64,000 nt of DNA from Mobula hypostoma (lineage: Eukaryota), in the NCBI RefSeq assembly GCF_963921235.1, contig NC_086097.1, forward strand, positions 217,250,001 through 217,314,000, read 5' to 3'. This document shows, piece after piece, positions 62,553 through 64,000 of this stretch (position 1 is the first letter of the stretch; the number at the start of each line of letters is the position of its first letter). Position numbers and translations under genes: made by a program. Under the pieces are notes generated by a model that was given only the letters and a program-made list of their open reading frames with translations, did no database searches and had not been told where the DNA came from.

Positions 62553-63663
62553 CAGGTTGAGCACCCCTTACCCAAACTGCTTGGGGCCAAAAGTGTTTCA
62601 GATTTTAGATTTTTTCGGAATTTGAAATATATAATGAGATAGCTTGGGATCGCCATCATTTCTGACTGAATTTATGTGCTACTGGTAAGCAGTCTTTGTC
62701 TTACACTTGTTCATCACACAAATGATATTTAACAGTAAAAATTATTACATACCATTAATATAATTCCCACCGCTGCCTGTAAGGAGTTTGTACTTTCACC
62801 CCATGACCGTGTGGGTTTCCTCCGGGTACTCTGGTTTCCTCCCACTGTCCAAAGATGTATCGGTTGGTAAGTTAATTGGTCACTGTAAATTGTCCTGTGA
62901 TTAGGCTAGGATTAGATCGGGGGTTGCTGGGTGGCTGGCTCAAACAGCTTGAAAGGACTACACTGTGCTGTCTCTCAATAAATAAATAAAATTTAATGCG
63001 TGCACGGTAACAGAAGCAGCTCAGCAGCATCGGGAGAATACCTGAATCAGCTGTCGAACAACAACAGCAACGACAAGTTTTCAGTCTCCACCTACAATGC
63101 TGTCTTTTGATTAAAAGGTTACGGTACACTGTATTTGTATTTGACGTTTTGTTTTGTTTTGTATAAGGTATAAAAACAATCAGCATTGTAGACTTATTCT
63201 GGTGTCAGCAACAATCTTGACAAACACATCAATGAATTTCTCTGCTGCTTCGTGATCAACAGTTGCTTTATCACCACAAGTATTTAAAAACGTAATGCTG
63301 TGCCTTTTCTTAAATTTCAGCAACCAGCCTGCTGAATATTCACGTTACCTTTAACTTTCAGTTCGTCATGATAGATCTTTGTTTGTTTCATGATCAGCAT
63401 ACCATTAAGCAGCATATGTTCACTCCGATGCTAATGAATCCATTCTCTCAATACACGCTCAAGATCTTCGAGTTTTCAGTAACTTCTATTCATTACATAC
63501 GTGAGGACGCTTGTTCAAAATGGTCTGTAGTGCGCAGAGACCTGGGAACAATTCCAGTGCCTTGTGGAATTTTCCATTTGTGAAGTCACATCAAGGCTCA
63601 AAAATATTTCAGATTTCAGAGCTTTTCAGATGTTGGACTTTTGGATAAGGGGTACTCAACCTG
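62553..63663 (-). mobile_element. pogo/Tigger (Tigger4/Zombi-like) DNA transposon, internally deleted
   Basis: 24-bp TIRs CAGGTTGAG(C/T)ACCCCTTA(C/T)CCAAA flanked by TA at both ends. Minus-strand transposase remnant at ~63200-63460 (EYSAGWLLKFKKRHSI.FL..CGDKA.VDHEAAEKFID) is a CENP-B-type HTH. Confidence 0.9.
62763..62990 (+). mobile_element. V-domain (HE1-like) SINE nested in the Tigger element
   Basis: GTGGGTTTCCTCCGGGTACTCTGGTTTCCTCCCACTGTCCAAAGA core; closely similar to 34575-34795. Confidence 0.85.
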
Positions 63664-64000
63664 TATTTTTTGTTTCCTTATAGCATAGAAGGGGACCATA
63701 CAACTCATTGATTCAATGCCGGCTCTGACAGCATTCCCATCACTTGCTTGCTTCCCTGTAACCTATTCCCTCTCACATGCCTAATAACTACTCTGATTCT
63801 CCTGAACCCACTTGCACTGGGTAATTTACAGCAGCAAATTAACCTACCAACATACACTTGGTGGCCATTTTATAAGTTAGTCCTTCTTGTTAATGCAAAT
63901 CCCTAATCAGCTAATCATGTAAGACCATAAAACATAGGAACAAAATTAGGCCATTTGGCCCATCGCATCTGTTCTCCCATTCTATTTTGGCTGATTTATT

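Overview
Eukaryotic (vertebrate) genomic DNA. The repeat content (V-domain HE1-like SINEs, CR1 with (TTTCTATG)n-type tails, Neptune-type Penelope elements, Rex1/Babar) points to a cartilaginous fish, probably a ray; this is inference. The only confidently supported host gene is DAD1 on the minus strand: two coding exons, 5740-5950 and 3279-3409, giving 113 aa, plus a probable non-coding last exon. The other ~58 kb is a nested mosaic of CR1, Rex1/Babar, RTE and L2 LINEs, Penelope-like elements, two Gypsy elements (one a chromovirus), solo LTRs, a Tigger/pogo DNA transposon and SINEs. Main observations: (1) a young CR1 whose 999-codon ORF2 has no ATG until codon 202 and overlaps the ORF1 stop in the -1 frame across a U_UUA_AAC slippery heptamer, which is also present in a second CR1 family here; (2) at least seven core-intact minimal hammerhead ribozyme motifs in Penelope termini; (3) a Tigger4/Zombi-like element resembling the mammalian family; (4) a candidate enhancer motif cluster near DAD1, a gene that usually flanks the TCR alpha/delta locus. 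No TCR/Ig segments were found. Most repeat boundaries are approximate unless a TSD is cited.
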